Shown in pieces: positions 11,898 to 19,954 of a stretch of DNA of 64,000 nt (positions within the stretch are counted from its first letter, which is position 1; each line of letters begins with the position of its first letter). Source of the stretch: an uncultured Gemmatimonadales bacterium (GTDB lineage: Bacteria; Gemmatimonadota; Gemmatimonadetes; Gemmatimonadales; GWC2-71-9); NCBI GenBank assembly GCA_963730185.1, contig CAVSQW010000002.1:64001-128000 (forward strand). The letters are read 5' to 3'. Made by a program: the position numbers and the translations under genes. Below the pieces are notes generated by a model. That model searched no databases, was not told where the DNA came from, and worked only from the letters and a program-made list of their open reading frames with translations.

Positions 11898-14800
11898 ATG
11901 ACGTCGTTCCAGCGCTGGCCAGACGGAGGCCCCGACCGACTCGAGACCGAGGTGCTCGAGATCTGGAAGGCCGAGCATCTCTTCGCCCAGGTCCAGGAGG
12001 CGGGGCGGGGCAAGCCGCCGTTCGTCTTTTTCGAAGGTCCGCCCACCGCGAACGGCCGGCCTGGGATCCATCACGTCTTCTCCCGGACCATCAAGGACCT
12101 CTTCTGCCGGTTCCACGCCATGCGGGGGCGGTCGGTGACCCGGATCGCCGGATGGGACACCCACGGCCTCCCGGTCGAGATCGAGGTCGAGAAGCAGCTC
12201 AAGCTCACCGGCAAGAAGGACATCGAAGCCTATGGCGTGGAGGCGTTCAACCGGCTCTGTCGGGAGAACGTCTTCACCTACAAGCACGAGTGGGAAGCTC
12301 TGTCCGACCGGATCGGCTACTGGCTGGACTACGAGCGCCCCTACGTCACCTGCACCCCCGAGTACATCGAGTCGGTCTGGTGGCTGCTCCGCCGGCTGTT
12401 CGACAAGGGCCTCCTGGTCCGGGGCCACCGGGTGCTGCCGTACTGCCCCCGCTGCGGCACCGTGCTCTCGAGCCACGAGCTGTCGCTCGGCTACGAAGAG
12501 GTTCGGGACAAATCGATCTATGTAACGTTTCCACTCGAAGATGGCACCGGACGTGAGCTGGTGGTCTGGACCACCACACCCTGGACCCTGCCGTCCAACG
12601 TCGCCGCGGCCGTCCATCCCGACGAGGAGTACGGGACCTACCCGTTCTCCGACGGGCGCCGACTGGTTCTCGCCACCAGTCGGGCCGCGACCGTGCTGGG
12701 CGACGGCAAGAACCCGCCGCCCGCCCCCGAGGCGACCTATCCGGGGCGCGCGCTCCTGGGGCTGGAGTACCGGCGCGCCCTCGACGTGGTCCCGCTTCCC
12801 GACGACCGGACCCACTCGGTGGTCGTTCCCGGCGACTTCGTCACGTCGGAGGACGGCTCCGGCATCGTCCACATGGCGCCGGCGTTCGGCGCCGACGACT
12901 ACGCCATGGGCCAGACCCACGGCCTGGCCCTGGTCCGACCGGTCGCGGCCGACGGCACCTTCCAGGGAACCACCTGGCCCGAGCTGGAGGGACGGCTGGT
13001 CACCGCTGACGAGACCAACGAGCTCATCATCCGCGAGCTCAAGCGCCTGGGCCGGCACCTCAAGACCGAGCAGCATACCCACAGCTATCCCCATTGCTGG
13101 CGTTGCAAGAGCAAGCTGATCTACTACGCCCGCGACTCCTGGTTCGTCCGGACCTCCGCCGTCAAGGAACGGCTGGTCGAGCTCAACCGGGGCATCGACT
13201 GGCATCCGCCGGAGGTGGGGAGCGGACGGTTCGGCGGCTGGCTCGAGAACAACGTCGATTGGGCGCTCTCCCGGGACCGGTACTGGGGGACCCCGCTCCC
13301 CGTTTGGGTGTCCGACCGGGATCCGGCGGTGGTCGAGGTGATCGGGAGCTTCGAGGAGCTGGCGCGCAAGGTCGGCCGGACCCTGCCGGCCGACTTCGAC
13401 CCCCACAAGCCGTTCATCGACGAGTACACCTGGCCCGATCCGGCCGGCGGCACGATGCGCCGGGTGCCGGAGGTCATCGACACCTGGTTCGATTCGGGGT
13501 CGATGCCCTATGCCCAGTGGCACTACCCCTTCGAGCACGAGGCCGAGTTCGAGGCCCACTTCCCGGCCGACTTCATCTGCGAGGGCGTCGATCAGACCCG
13601 GGGCTGGTTTTACTCGCTCCTGGCCATCGGCGCGACGGTGTTCGAGCGAGCGCCCTATCGCCACGTGGTGGTCAACGAGCTGATCCTGGATGCCCAGGGT
13701 CAGAAGATGTCGAAAAGCCGGGGCAACGTGGTGGAGCCCTGGGAGGCGGTGCGGGAATTCGGGGCCGACACGGTCCGGCTCTACCTCCTGACGTCGAGTC
13801 AGGTATGGCTGCCGAAGCCGTTCGACCGGAGCGCCATTCCGGACGTGGCGGGTGGCTTCCTCAATACCCTCCGCCACACCTACGAGTTCTTCGCCCGTTA
13901 CGCGCCGACCGCCGGCCGCGACGCGCTGCCGCCGACCCGGGAGAGCGGGCTGCTCGATCGCTGGATCCGGAGCCGGCTGGCCGCCACGGTGCGGGTCAGC
14001 CACGCCGCGCTCGCCGGGTACGACGCGACCGCCGCGGTCCGCGCGATCATGGACTTCGTGGTCGACGACCTCTCCAACTGGTACGTCCGGCTCTCCCGGG
14101 CCCGCTTCTGGGCGCCCGACGCCGACGCCGATCCCCAGGCCGTGGCCACCCTCCGCGAGTGCCTGGTGACCGTCGCCCGGCTGCTCGCCCCGGCCGCGCC
14201 CTTCATCAGCGACTGGATCCATCGGGCCATCGAGGACACCAGCGTGCATCTGGCGCCGTATCCCGAGCCTGACCCGGCCCGCGAGGATCCCGAGCTGGAG
14301 CGGGCGATGGACGGCATCCGGCGGCTCGCGTCGCTGGGCCGGAGTGCCCGCGAGGCCGGGAACCTTCGGGTCCGCCAGACGCTCGGTGCCATGCGGGCCG
14401 CGGTTCCAGCCGGGGTTGACGGCGGCCGCTTCCGCGAGCTGCTCGGCCTCCTGGCGCAGGAAGTGAACGTGCGGACGGTCGAGGTCATGTCGTCGGATGC
14501 GGAGCTGGTCCGGCTTCGCGGGCGGGCGAACTTCCGCTCGCTCGGGAAGCGCTTCGCCAAGCGGACGCCGACGGTGGCCCGCTTGGTGGCGGAGCTCGAC
14601 CCGGCCGCGCTCCGGGTCCTGGAGGGCGGCGGCACCGCCACCGTGGCGCTCGACGGCGAGACGCTCGCCATCGAGCCGGACGACGTGGTGGTGGAGCGGG
14701 AGGTGGCGACCAGCTGGTTGGTGCAGAGCGCCGGCGCCTTCGTGGCGGCGGTCGACCCGGAGCTCACGGCCGAGCTCCGGCGGGATGGCTTGGCGAGGGA

Positions 14801-15071
14801 GATCGTGCATCGTGTCCAACGGCTCCGCAAGGACGCCGGTTTCGAATACACCACGCGCATTGCGCTGGCCGTCGAGGGGGACGACCCCGTCCTCGAAGCG
14901 GCGCGCGCGCATCAGACGTTCATCGAGGGCGAAACCCTGGCCCGGTCGCTCCGGGTCGGGCGACCGCTCGAGGGCTGGCAGGCTCGGGACGACGCCTCGA
15001 TCGACGACTATCACGTGACCCTGACGGTGGCCCCCTGGACCGGTGGGACCCCGGAGAACGCCGAGAGGTAG
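11898..15071 (+). CDS. ileS: Isoleucine--tRNA ligase, type 2
   Basis: EGPPTANGRPGIHH, GWDTHGLP, WTTTPWTLPSN, KMSKS; type-2 C-terminus AREIVHRVQRLRK with no terminal Zn finger. Confidence 0.97.
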   Translation: MTSFQRWPDGGPDRLETEVLEIWKAEHLFAQVQEAGRGKPPFVFFEGPPTANGRPGIHHVFSRTIKDLFCRFHAMRGRSVTRIAGWDTHGLPVEIEVEKQLKLTGKKDIEAYGVEAFNRLCRENVFTYKHEWEALSDRIGYWLDYERPYVTCTPEYIESVWWLLRRLFDKGLLVRGHRVLPYCPRCGTVLSSHELSLGYEEVRDKSIYVTFPLEDGTGRELVVWTTTPWTLPSNVAAAVHPDEEYGTYPFSDGRRLVLATSRAATVLGDGKNPPPAPEATYPGRALLGLEYRRALDVVPLPDDRTHSVVVPGDFVTSEDGSGIVHMAPAFGADDYAMGQTHGLALVRPVAADGTFQGTTWPELEGRLVTADETNELIIRELKRLGRHLKTEQHTHSYPHCWRCKSKLIYYARDSWFVRTSAVKERLVELNRGIDWHPPEVGSGRFGGWLENNVDWALSRDRYWGTPLPVWVSDRDPAVVEVIGSFEELARKVGRTLPADFDPHKPFIDEYTWPDPAGGTMRRVPEVIDTWFDSGSMPYAQWHYPFEHEAEFEAHFPADFICEGVDQTRGWFYSLLAIGATVFERAPYRHVVVNELILDAQGQKMSKSRGNVVEPWEAVREFGADTVRLYLLTSSQVWLPKPFDRSAIPDVAGGFLNTLRHTYEFFARYAPTAGRDALPPTRESGLLDRWIRSRLAATVRVSHAALAGYDATAAVRAIMDFVVDDLSNWYVRLSRARFWAPDADADPQAVATLRECLVTVARLLAPAAPFISDWIHRAIEDTSVHLAPYPEPDPAREDPELERAMDGIRRLASLGRSAREAGNLRVRQTLGAMRAAVPAGVDGGRFRELLGLLAQEVNVRTVEVMSSDAELVRLRGRANFRSLGKRFAKRTPTVARLVAELDPAALRVLEGGGTATVALDGETLAIEPDDVVVEREVATSWLVQSAGAFVAAVDPELTAELRRDGLAREIVHRVQRLRKDAGFEYTTRIALAVEGDDPVLEAARAHQTFIEGETLARSLRVGRPLEGWQARDDASIDDYHVTLTVAPWTGGTPENAER

Positions 15072-15078
15072 AGCGCGG

Positions 15079-15462
15079 ATGACCAAGGACCAGTTGAAGC
15101 ACCTCGAGAAGCGATTGCTCGACGAGCGAGCGCGGGTGATGAAGGAGCTCGGCTTCTACGGCGACGCCTTCAACGCGACGCTCCAGGGCGGCGACGGCGA
15201 CCTGTCGTCCTACTCGTTCCACATGGCCGATCAGGGCACCGACACCATGGAGCGCGAAAAGCAGTTTCTCTTCGCCTCCCAGGAGGGCCGGTACCTCTGG
15301 CACGTGAACCAGGCGCTCCGTCGGCTGTACAACTCGCCCGACAAGTTCGGCCACTGCCACACGTGCGGGCAGCCGATCAGCTTCGAGCGGCTCGACGCCC
15401 TGCCGCACGCCCGGCTCTGCATTAGCTGCAAGGAGAAGGAAGAGGATGAAAAGCGGCGCTGA
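15079..15462 (+). CDS. TraR/DksA C4-type zinc finger protein
   Basis: HMADQGTD coiled-coil tip; CHTC...RLDALP...CISC. Confidence 0.9.
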   Translation: MTKDQLKHLEKRLLDERARVMKELGFYGDAFNATLQGGDGDLSSYSFHMADQGTDTMEREKQFLFASQEGRYLWHVNQALRRLYNSPDKFGHCHTCGQPISFERLDALPHARLCISCKEKEEDEKRR

Positions 15463-15964
15463 CCCGCGCCGCGTGTTCTGGCCGATCGCCCTCGTCTGGG
15501 TCGGCCTCGACACCGTGACGAAGCGGTGGGCCGAACAGGCCCTGCTGCCGGTGCCCCCGATCCACGTGATCGGCGACTGGGTCCAGCTTCGTCTGGTCTA
15601 CAACCAGGGCGCCGCGTTCGGGCTCCATTTGGGCGCCTACTCCCGCTGGATCTTCCTGGTCGTGGCGGCGGCCGCGGTAGTCGGCATCGCCTGGAAGGCG
15701 CGGGACCCGTCGTGGGCCGAATGGCTCCGCCAGATCGCCGCCAGTCTGGTGGTGGGCGGGGCCGCAGGGAACCTGATCGATCGGATCCGGGGCTCCGCCG
15801 GCGTGGTCGACTTCATCGACGTGGGGGTCCACGCGCTCCGCTGGCCCACCTTCAACGTGGCCGACATCGGGGTGAGCTGCGGGGCCGTCGGGCTTGCCAT
15901 CTCGTTCTGGCTCGAGGACACCCGCCGGGCCCGCGAAGCGGCGCGGGCCCGAACCTCGGCCTGA
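15446..15964 (+). CDS. lspA: Lipoprotein signal peptidase II
   Basis: NQGAAFG, GNLIDR, VVDFID, FNVAD. Confidence 0.97.
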   Translation: MKSGADPRRVFWPIALVWVGLDTVTKRWAEQALLPVPPIHVIGDWVQLRLVYNQGAAFGLHLGAYSRWIFLVVAAAAVVGIAWKARDPSWAEWLRQIAASLVVGGAAGNLIDRIRGSAGVVDFIDVGVHALRWPTFNVADIGVSCGAVGLAISFWLEDTRRAREAARARTSA

Positions 15965-15971
15965 GGGCGTT

Positions 15972-16967
15972 CTGGCCACCACCCGGTTCACGGTCCTGGC
16001 CGACGAAACCGAGCGCCTCGACCGCTTCCTCGCCGATCAGCTGAGCTTCTCCCGAACCCAGGCCTCGCGGCTCGTGGCCGAGGGGCGGGTCCGGGTCAAC
16101 GACCTCCGGGCCCGGGCCTCGCGGCTGTTGGCGCGGGGTGACACGGTTGACGTCCGGATCGACGACGAGCGTCCGCCGCGGACGCTGGCCCCCCATCCAA
16201 TCCCGCTGAACGTGGTCTACGAAGACGAGTACCTGGCGGTCATCAACAAGCCGGCCGGGCTGGTGGTGCACCCGGCGCCGGGTCATTGGGACGACACCTT
16301 GGTCAACGCCTTGGTGGCCCGGGGGACGTCCCTGTCGGACGGGACCGGCGGCCGGCCGGGGATTGTCCACCGCCTCGATCGCGACACATCGGGGCTGATG
16401 TTGATCGCCAAGACCGACGTCGCCCATCGGAAGCTCGGCGCCGCCATCGCGGCTCGCCGGGTGGAGCGGTGTTATGCGGTGCTGGCCTGGGGGCACCTGC
16501 CGGAGTCGCCCCTCGACGTCAACGCCCCGATCGGCCGCCATTCCTCCGACCGAAAGCGGATGGTGGTGCGGGAGGACGGGCGGACCGCTCGGACCCGGTT
16601 CGAGGTCGTGGCCCGATTTTCGGTGGGGGAGTTGCTTCGGGCCAGGCTGGAGACCGGCCGGACCCACCAGATCCGGGTCCACCTGGCCCACGTGGGCCAC
16701 CCGGTGGTCGGCGACCCCGTGTATGGGGCCGGGGGGGCCCGTCGGATCACCGGGGGGGCCCGGAGTCTGGCGGAACGCCTCGAACGGGCGACGCCCCGCC
16801 AGGCCCTCCACGCGGCCCAGCTCCGGTTCCGCCACCCGATCACGGGGGCGGCCCTGGCCTTCGAGAGCGATTGGCCCGGGGATCTGGCCGAGTCGCTCCG
16901 AATCCTGCAACTTGTTGCAGATCAAGTTGATCCGCCTCATTGGCTGACATATCTTGGGTTCTTCTGA
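15972..16967 (+). CDS. rluD: RluA/RluD family pseudouridine synthase (start codon uncertain, possibly CTG)
   Basis: S4-like N-terminus RLDRFLA; NKPAGLVVHP, HRLDRDTSG, TGRTHQIRVH, QALHA. Confidence 0.92.
   Translation: MATTRFTVLADETERLDRFLADQLSFSRTQASRLVAEGRVRVNDLRARASRLLARGDTVDVRIDDERPPRTLAPHPIPLNVVYEDEYLAVINKPAGLVVHPAPGHWDDTLVNALVARGTSLSDGTGGRPGIVHRLDRDTSGLMLIAKTDVAHRKLGAAIAARRVERCYAVLAWGHLPESPLDVNAPIGRHSSDRKRMVVREDGRTARTRFEVVARFSVGELLRARLETGRTHQIRVHLAHVGHPVVGDPVYGAGGARRITGGARSLAERLERATPRQALHAAQLRFRHPITGAALAFESDWPGDLAESLRILQLVADQVDPPHWLTYLGFF
16905..16955 (+). promoter_or_regulatory. Internal sigma70-like promoter with tandem palindromes, upstream of cheW
   Basis: TTGATC(16927-32)-17 nt-TATCTT(16950-55); palindromes CTGCAAC-TT-GTTGCAG and GATCAA-G-TTGATC. 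Confidence 0.55.
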
Positions 16968-16974
16968 GCGGAGC

Positions 16975-17340
16975 ATGAGCGAGACACCAGCATCCCGGGC
17001 GGTCGTGTGCCAGGCGGGGGGGCAGCGCTTCGCGTTGGCGCTGGAAGACGTGCGCGAAGTTTGCACGGACGTACTGGTGGTCCCGATGCCGGGAGTTGCA
17101 GCTCCGGTCGAGGGTGTCGCGAATGTTCGCGGGACGGTGGTGACCGTGGTGCGCGCCGCCGACCTGCTGGGCGTGACGCCGACCCGATCGGGGCCCTCGC
17201 CGTGGCTGGTCGTTCTCCGATTTCGGGACGGACGAGTGGCCCTCGGCGTCGAGGACATCGAAGATCTGGCGCCGGTCGGGATCGGCTTGAGTCGATTGGC
17301 GGTCGACGCACACCTCGGTCCGCTGTTTGGATCGCGCTAA
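16975..17340 (+). CDS. cheW: CheW-like coupling protein (short, divergent)
   Basis: FALALEDVREV, VPMPG...VEGVANVRGTVVTVV, VALGVEDI; GGAG RBS. Confidence 0.85.
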   Translation: MSETPASRAVVCQAGGQRFALALEDVREVCTDVLVVPMPGVAAPVEGVANVRGTVVTVVRAADLLGVTPTRSGPSPWLVVLRFRDGRVALGVEDIEDLAPVGIGLSRLAVDAHLGPLFGSR

Positions 17341-17352
17341 CTGGAGGCTCTT

Positions 17353-17715
17353 GTGGGGCACACGGTTCTCGTTTGCGACGACGCGATGTTCATGCGGACT
17401 ATGATCGCCGACATCCTCACCCAAGCCGGGTTCGAGGTGGTGGGCGAAGCGGAGTCGGGTGAGCAGGCGCTCGCCCGGTACCGGGAGCTCAAGCCCGATC
17501 TGGTCACCATGGACATCGTGATGCCCAACATGGGCGGAATCGAGGCCGTCCGGGCCATCTGCAAGGAAGATCCGGAGGCCAAGATTCTGATGTGCAGCGC
17601 GATGGGACAGCAGGCCCTGGTGGTGGAGGCCATCCAGGCCGGCGCCAAGGACTTCGTCGTCAAACCCTTCCAGCCTTCCCGCGTTCTGGAGGCGGTTCAG
17701 CGGCTCCTGGGGTGA
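17353..17715 (+). CDS. cheY: Single-domain response regulator CheY (DifD/Bacillus-type)
   Basis: VCDDAMFMR, TMDIVMP phospho-Asp, CSAMGQ, KPF. Confidence 0.95.
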   Translation: MGHTVLVCDDAMFMRTMIADILTQAGFEVVGEAESGEQALARYRELKPDLVTMDIVMPNMGGIEAVRAICKEDPEAKILMCSAMGQQALVVEAIQAGAKDFVVKPFQPSRVLEAVQRLLG

Positions 17716-17722
17716 GCCCGCG

Positions 17723-19330
17723 GTGGATCTGAGCCGCTATACCGCCCTCTTCCTCGCTGACACCCGGGAGCATCTCGACCGGGCCAGCCGGATCTTGCTC
17801 GACTGGGAGCGCGAGCCTGGAACGCTCGAGCCGGTGGCCGAGCTGTTCCGGGCGTTCCACTCGGTCAAAGGCTCGGCGGCCACGATGGAGTACACGGCCC
17901 TGGCCGACCTGGCGCATGCCGCCGAGCACCTGCTCGACGCCGTCCGGAAGGGTGACCTCGGGCCGTCGCGGGCGGTGGTGAGCCTGCTGCTTCGAGCGGT
18001 CGACGTGCTGGAGCGGGGCGCGGAGCTGGTGGTGGCCGGCGAAGCGGTGCCGGACGCGCCGGCGCTGGTGGGGGTCCTCGAGCGGATGGTTGCGTCCGGG
18101 GCGCCGCCGGCGCCCGCCGAGCCCCCGCTGGAGCGCCGGACCCCGACCCGCGTCCCCCGGCCCTCGGCCCGCTTTACCCTGTCCGCGGTCCGGGTCGACC
18201 GGAGCCGGCTGGACGAGCTCCTCCACCGGGCGGCCGAGCTGGTGGTGGCGCGGAATCGGCTGGACGGGCTCGTCGCCAGGAGCAGCGACCCCGAGCTCGA
18301 GGCGGTCGCCGGCCAGGTCGGGACCTTGGCCCGGTCGATGCACGCCGGAGTGCTCCGGGCCCGGCTGGCCCCGGTCGCTGAGCTCTTCGACCGGCTGCCC
18401 CGGGTGGCCCGGGACCTGGGGCAGTCGCTCGATCGGGAGGTGGAGCTCAAGCTTCGGAGCGACGGGATCGAGTTGGATCGCGGGATGCTGGAGGAGTTGC
18501 TCGACCCGCTGGTGCACTTGGTGCGGAACGCGGTCGATCACGGCATCGAGCCCCCCGCCGAGCGGCTGCTCGCGGGCAAGCCGCCCGAGGGGCGGCTTCT
18601 CCTCAGCGCCTCGCGGGAGCGGGAGTTCGTCACCGTGCGTCTAGCCGACGACGGACGGGGCATCGACCGCGACGCGGTCGCCCGGCGGGCCGAAGAGGCC
18701 GGACTTCGGCCGGCCGGCCGGCCGCCGCCCGACGACCACGAGCTCCTCGGGCTGCTGGCTCGGCCCGGGTTCACGCTCCGGCACGAGGTCACCTCGATCT
18801 CGGGACGTGGCGTCGGGATGGACGTGGTGCTGAGCACCGTGCGCAGCCTGGGCGGCCAGGTCGAGGTGAGCTCGGAGCCCGGACAGGGCACCACCTTCAC
18901 GCTGACCCTGCCGCTCACCACCGCGATTCAGCGGGTGCTCCTGGTGGGGGCGGCTGGCGAGCGGTACGCGATCCCCTTTCGGATCGTGGCCGAAGCGGTG
19001 CGGGGGCCCGGGCCGGCGGCGACCGAAACGACCGGGGGGCGGTTTAGCTTTCGGGATCGCTCGTTGCCGATGGTGGACCTGGCCCGCGCGACCGGGCTGA
19101 AGGGAGCGACGGCCGGGCGGGTGCGTCCGATGCTGGTGCTCGAATGGGGGACCCGGCAGGGCGCGCTGGCGGTCGACGCCGTGCTGGGGCAGCTGGACGT
19201 GGTGATCGAGCGGGTGGAGGCGCCGGTCGGCCTGCCCGCCTGGGTGAGCGGTGCGACCATTCTTGCCGACGGGTCGCCCGCACTGGTGCTGGATCCAACC
19301 GCCCTGTTCCAGGCGGAGGCCTCGCGATGA
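17723..19330 (+). CDS. cheA: Chemosensory histidine kinase CheA (Hpt-dimerisation-HATPase-CheW; no P2)
   Basis: FRAFHSVKG, HLVRNAVDHGIE, DDGRG, SGRGVGMDVV, GATILADG. Confidence 0.95.
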   Translation: MDLSRYTALFLADTREHLDRASRILLDWEREPGTLEPVAELFRAFHSVKGSAATMEYTALADLAHAAEHLLDAVRKGDLGPSRAVVSLLLRAVDVLERGAELVVAGEAVPDAPALVGVLERMVASGAPPAPAEPPLERRTPTRVPRPSARFTLSAVRVDRSRLDELLHRAAELVVARNRLDGLVARSSDPELEAVAGQVGTLARSMHAGVLRARLAPVAELFDRLPRVARDLGQSLDREVELKLRSDGIELDRGMLEELLDPLVHLVRNAVDHGIEPPAERLLAGKPPEGRLLLSASREREFVTVRLADDGRGIDRDAVARRAEEAGLRPAGRPPPDDHELLGLLARPGFTLRHEVTSISGRGVGMDVVLSTVRSLGGQVEVSSEPGQGTTFTLTLPLTTAIQRVLLVGAAGERYAIPFRIVAEAVRGPGPAATETTGGRFSFRDRSLPMVDLARATGLKGATAGRVRPMLVLEWGTRQGALAVDAVLGQLDVVIERVEAPVGLPAWVSGATILADGSPALVLDPTALFQAEASR

Positions 19331-19950
19331 TGGATGCTTCGAAGCTGACCGACGTGGAGCGCGACGCGCTGCGCGAGATCGCCAACATCGGGGCCGGGCA
19401 CGCGGCCACGGCCCTGTCGCAGATGACGGGTCGCCGGATCATGATCGACGTGCCCGAGGTCTCGGTCAAGCGGCTGGAGGAGGCCAGCGATCTGATCGGT
19501 CCGCCCGACACGATCATCGCCGCCGTGCTGATGCACATGATGGGCGACATGACCGGCCGCACCCTCCTGGTCCTGCCCGAGGGGAGCGCCCGCGCCCTCT
19601 GCGCCATCCTGCTCCGCAACGCGGCCCAGGACGGTCCCGGGTTCACCGACATGCAGCGCTCCACCGTGATGGAGACCGGCAACATCCTCTGCAGCGCGTA
19701 CCTCAACGCGCTCTCCGACTTCATGGGGATGATGCTGCTCCCGTCGGTGCCGGCCCTGGTGGTCGATCAAGCCGGCGCCGTGCTCACCACGGCCTATCTC
19801 AACTTCGGCCACGCCCGCGATCACGTGATCTGCGTCGAGACCTCGTTCCGGATCGACGGCTCGCCCGAGCAGCTGAGCGGCCAGTTCATCCTGATGCCGG
19901 ACGTCGCGTCGTTGGCGGCGATCTTCGACGCGATCCGTCTCCCCCGGTAG
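19327..19950 (+). CDS. cheC: CheC-family CheY-P phosphatase
   Basis: DALREIANIGAG and STVMETGNIL (two E-x-x-N active-site motifs). Confidence 0.93.
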   Translation: MMDASKLTDVERDALREIANIGAGHAATALSQMTGRRIMIDVPEVSVKRLEEASDLIGPPDTIIAAVLMHMMGDMTGRTLLVLPEGSARALCAILLRNAAQDGPGFTDMQRSTVMETGNILCSAYLNALSDFMGMMLLPSVPALVVDQAGAVLTTAYLNFGHARDHVICVETSFRIDGSPEQLSGQFILMPDVASLAAIFDAIRLPR

Positions 19951-19954
19951 GCGG

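Noticed and set aside
11880..11900. T-box riboswitch before ileS
   Set aside because: Only 5 nt separate divIVA and ileS
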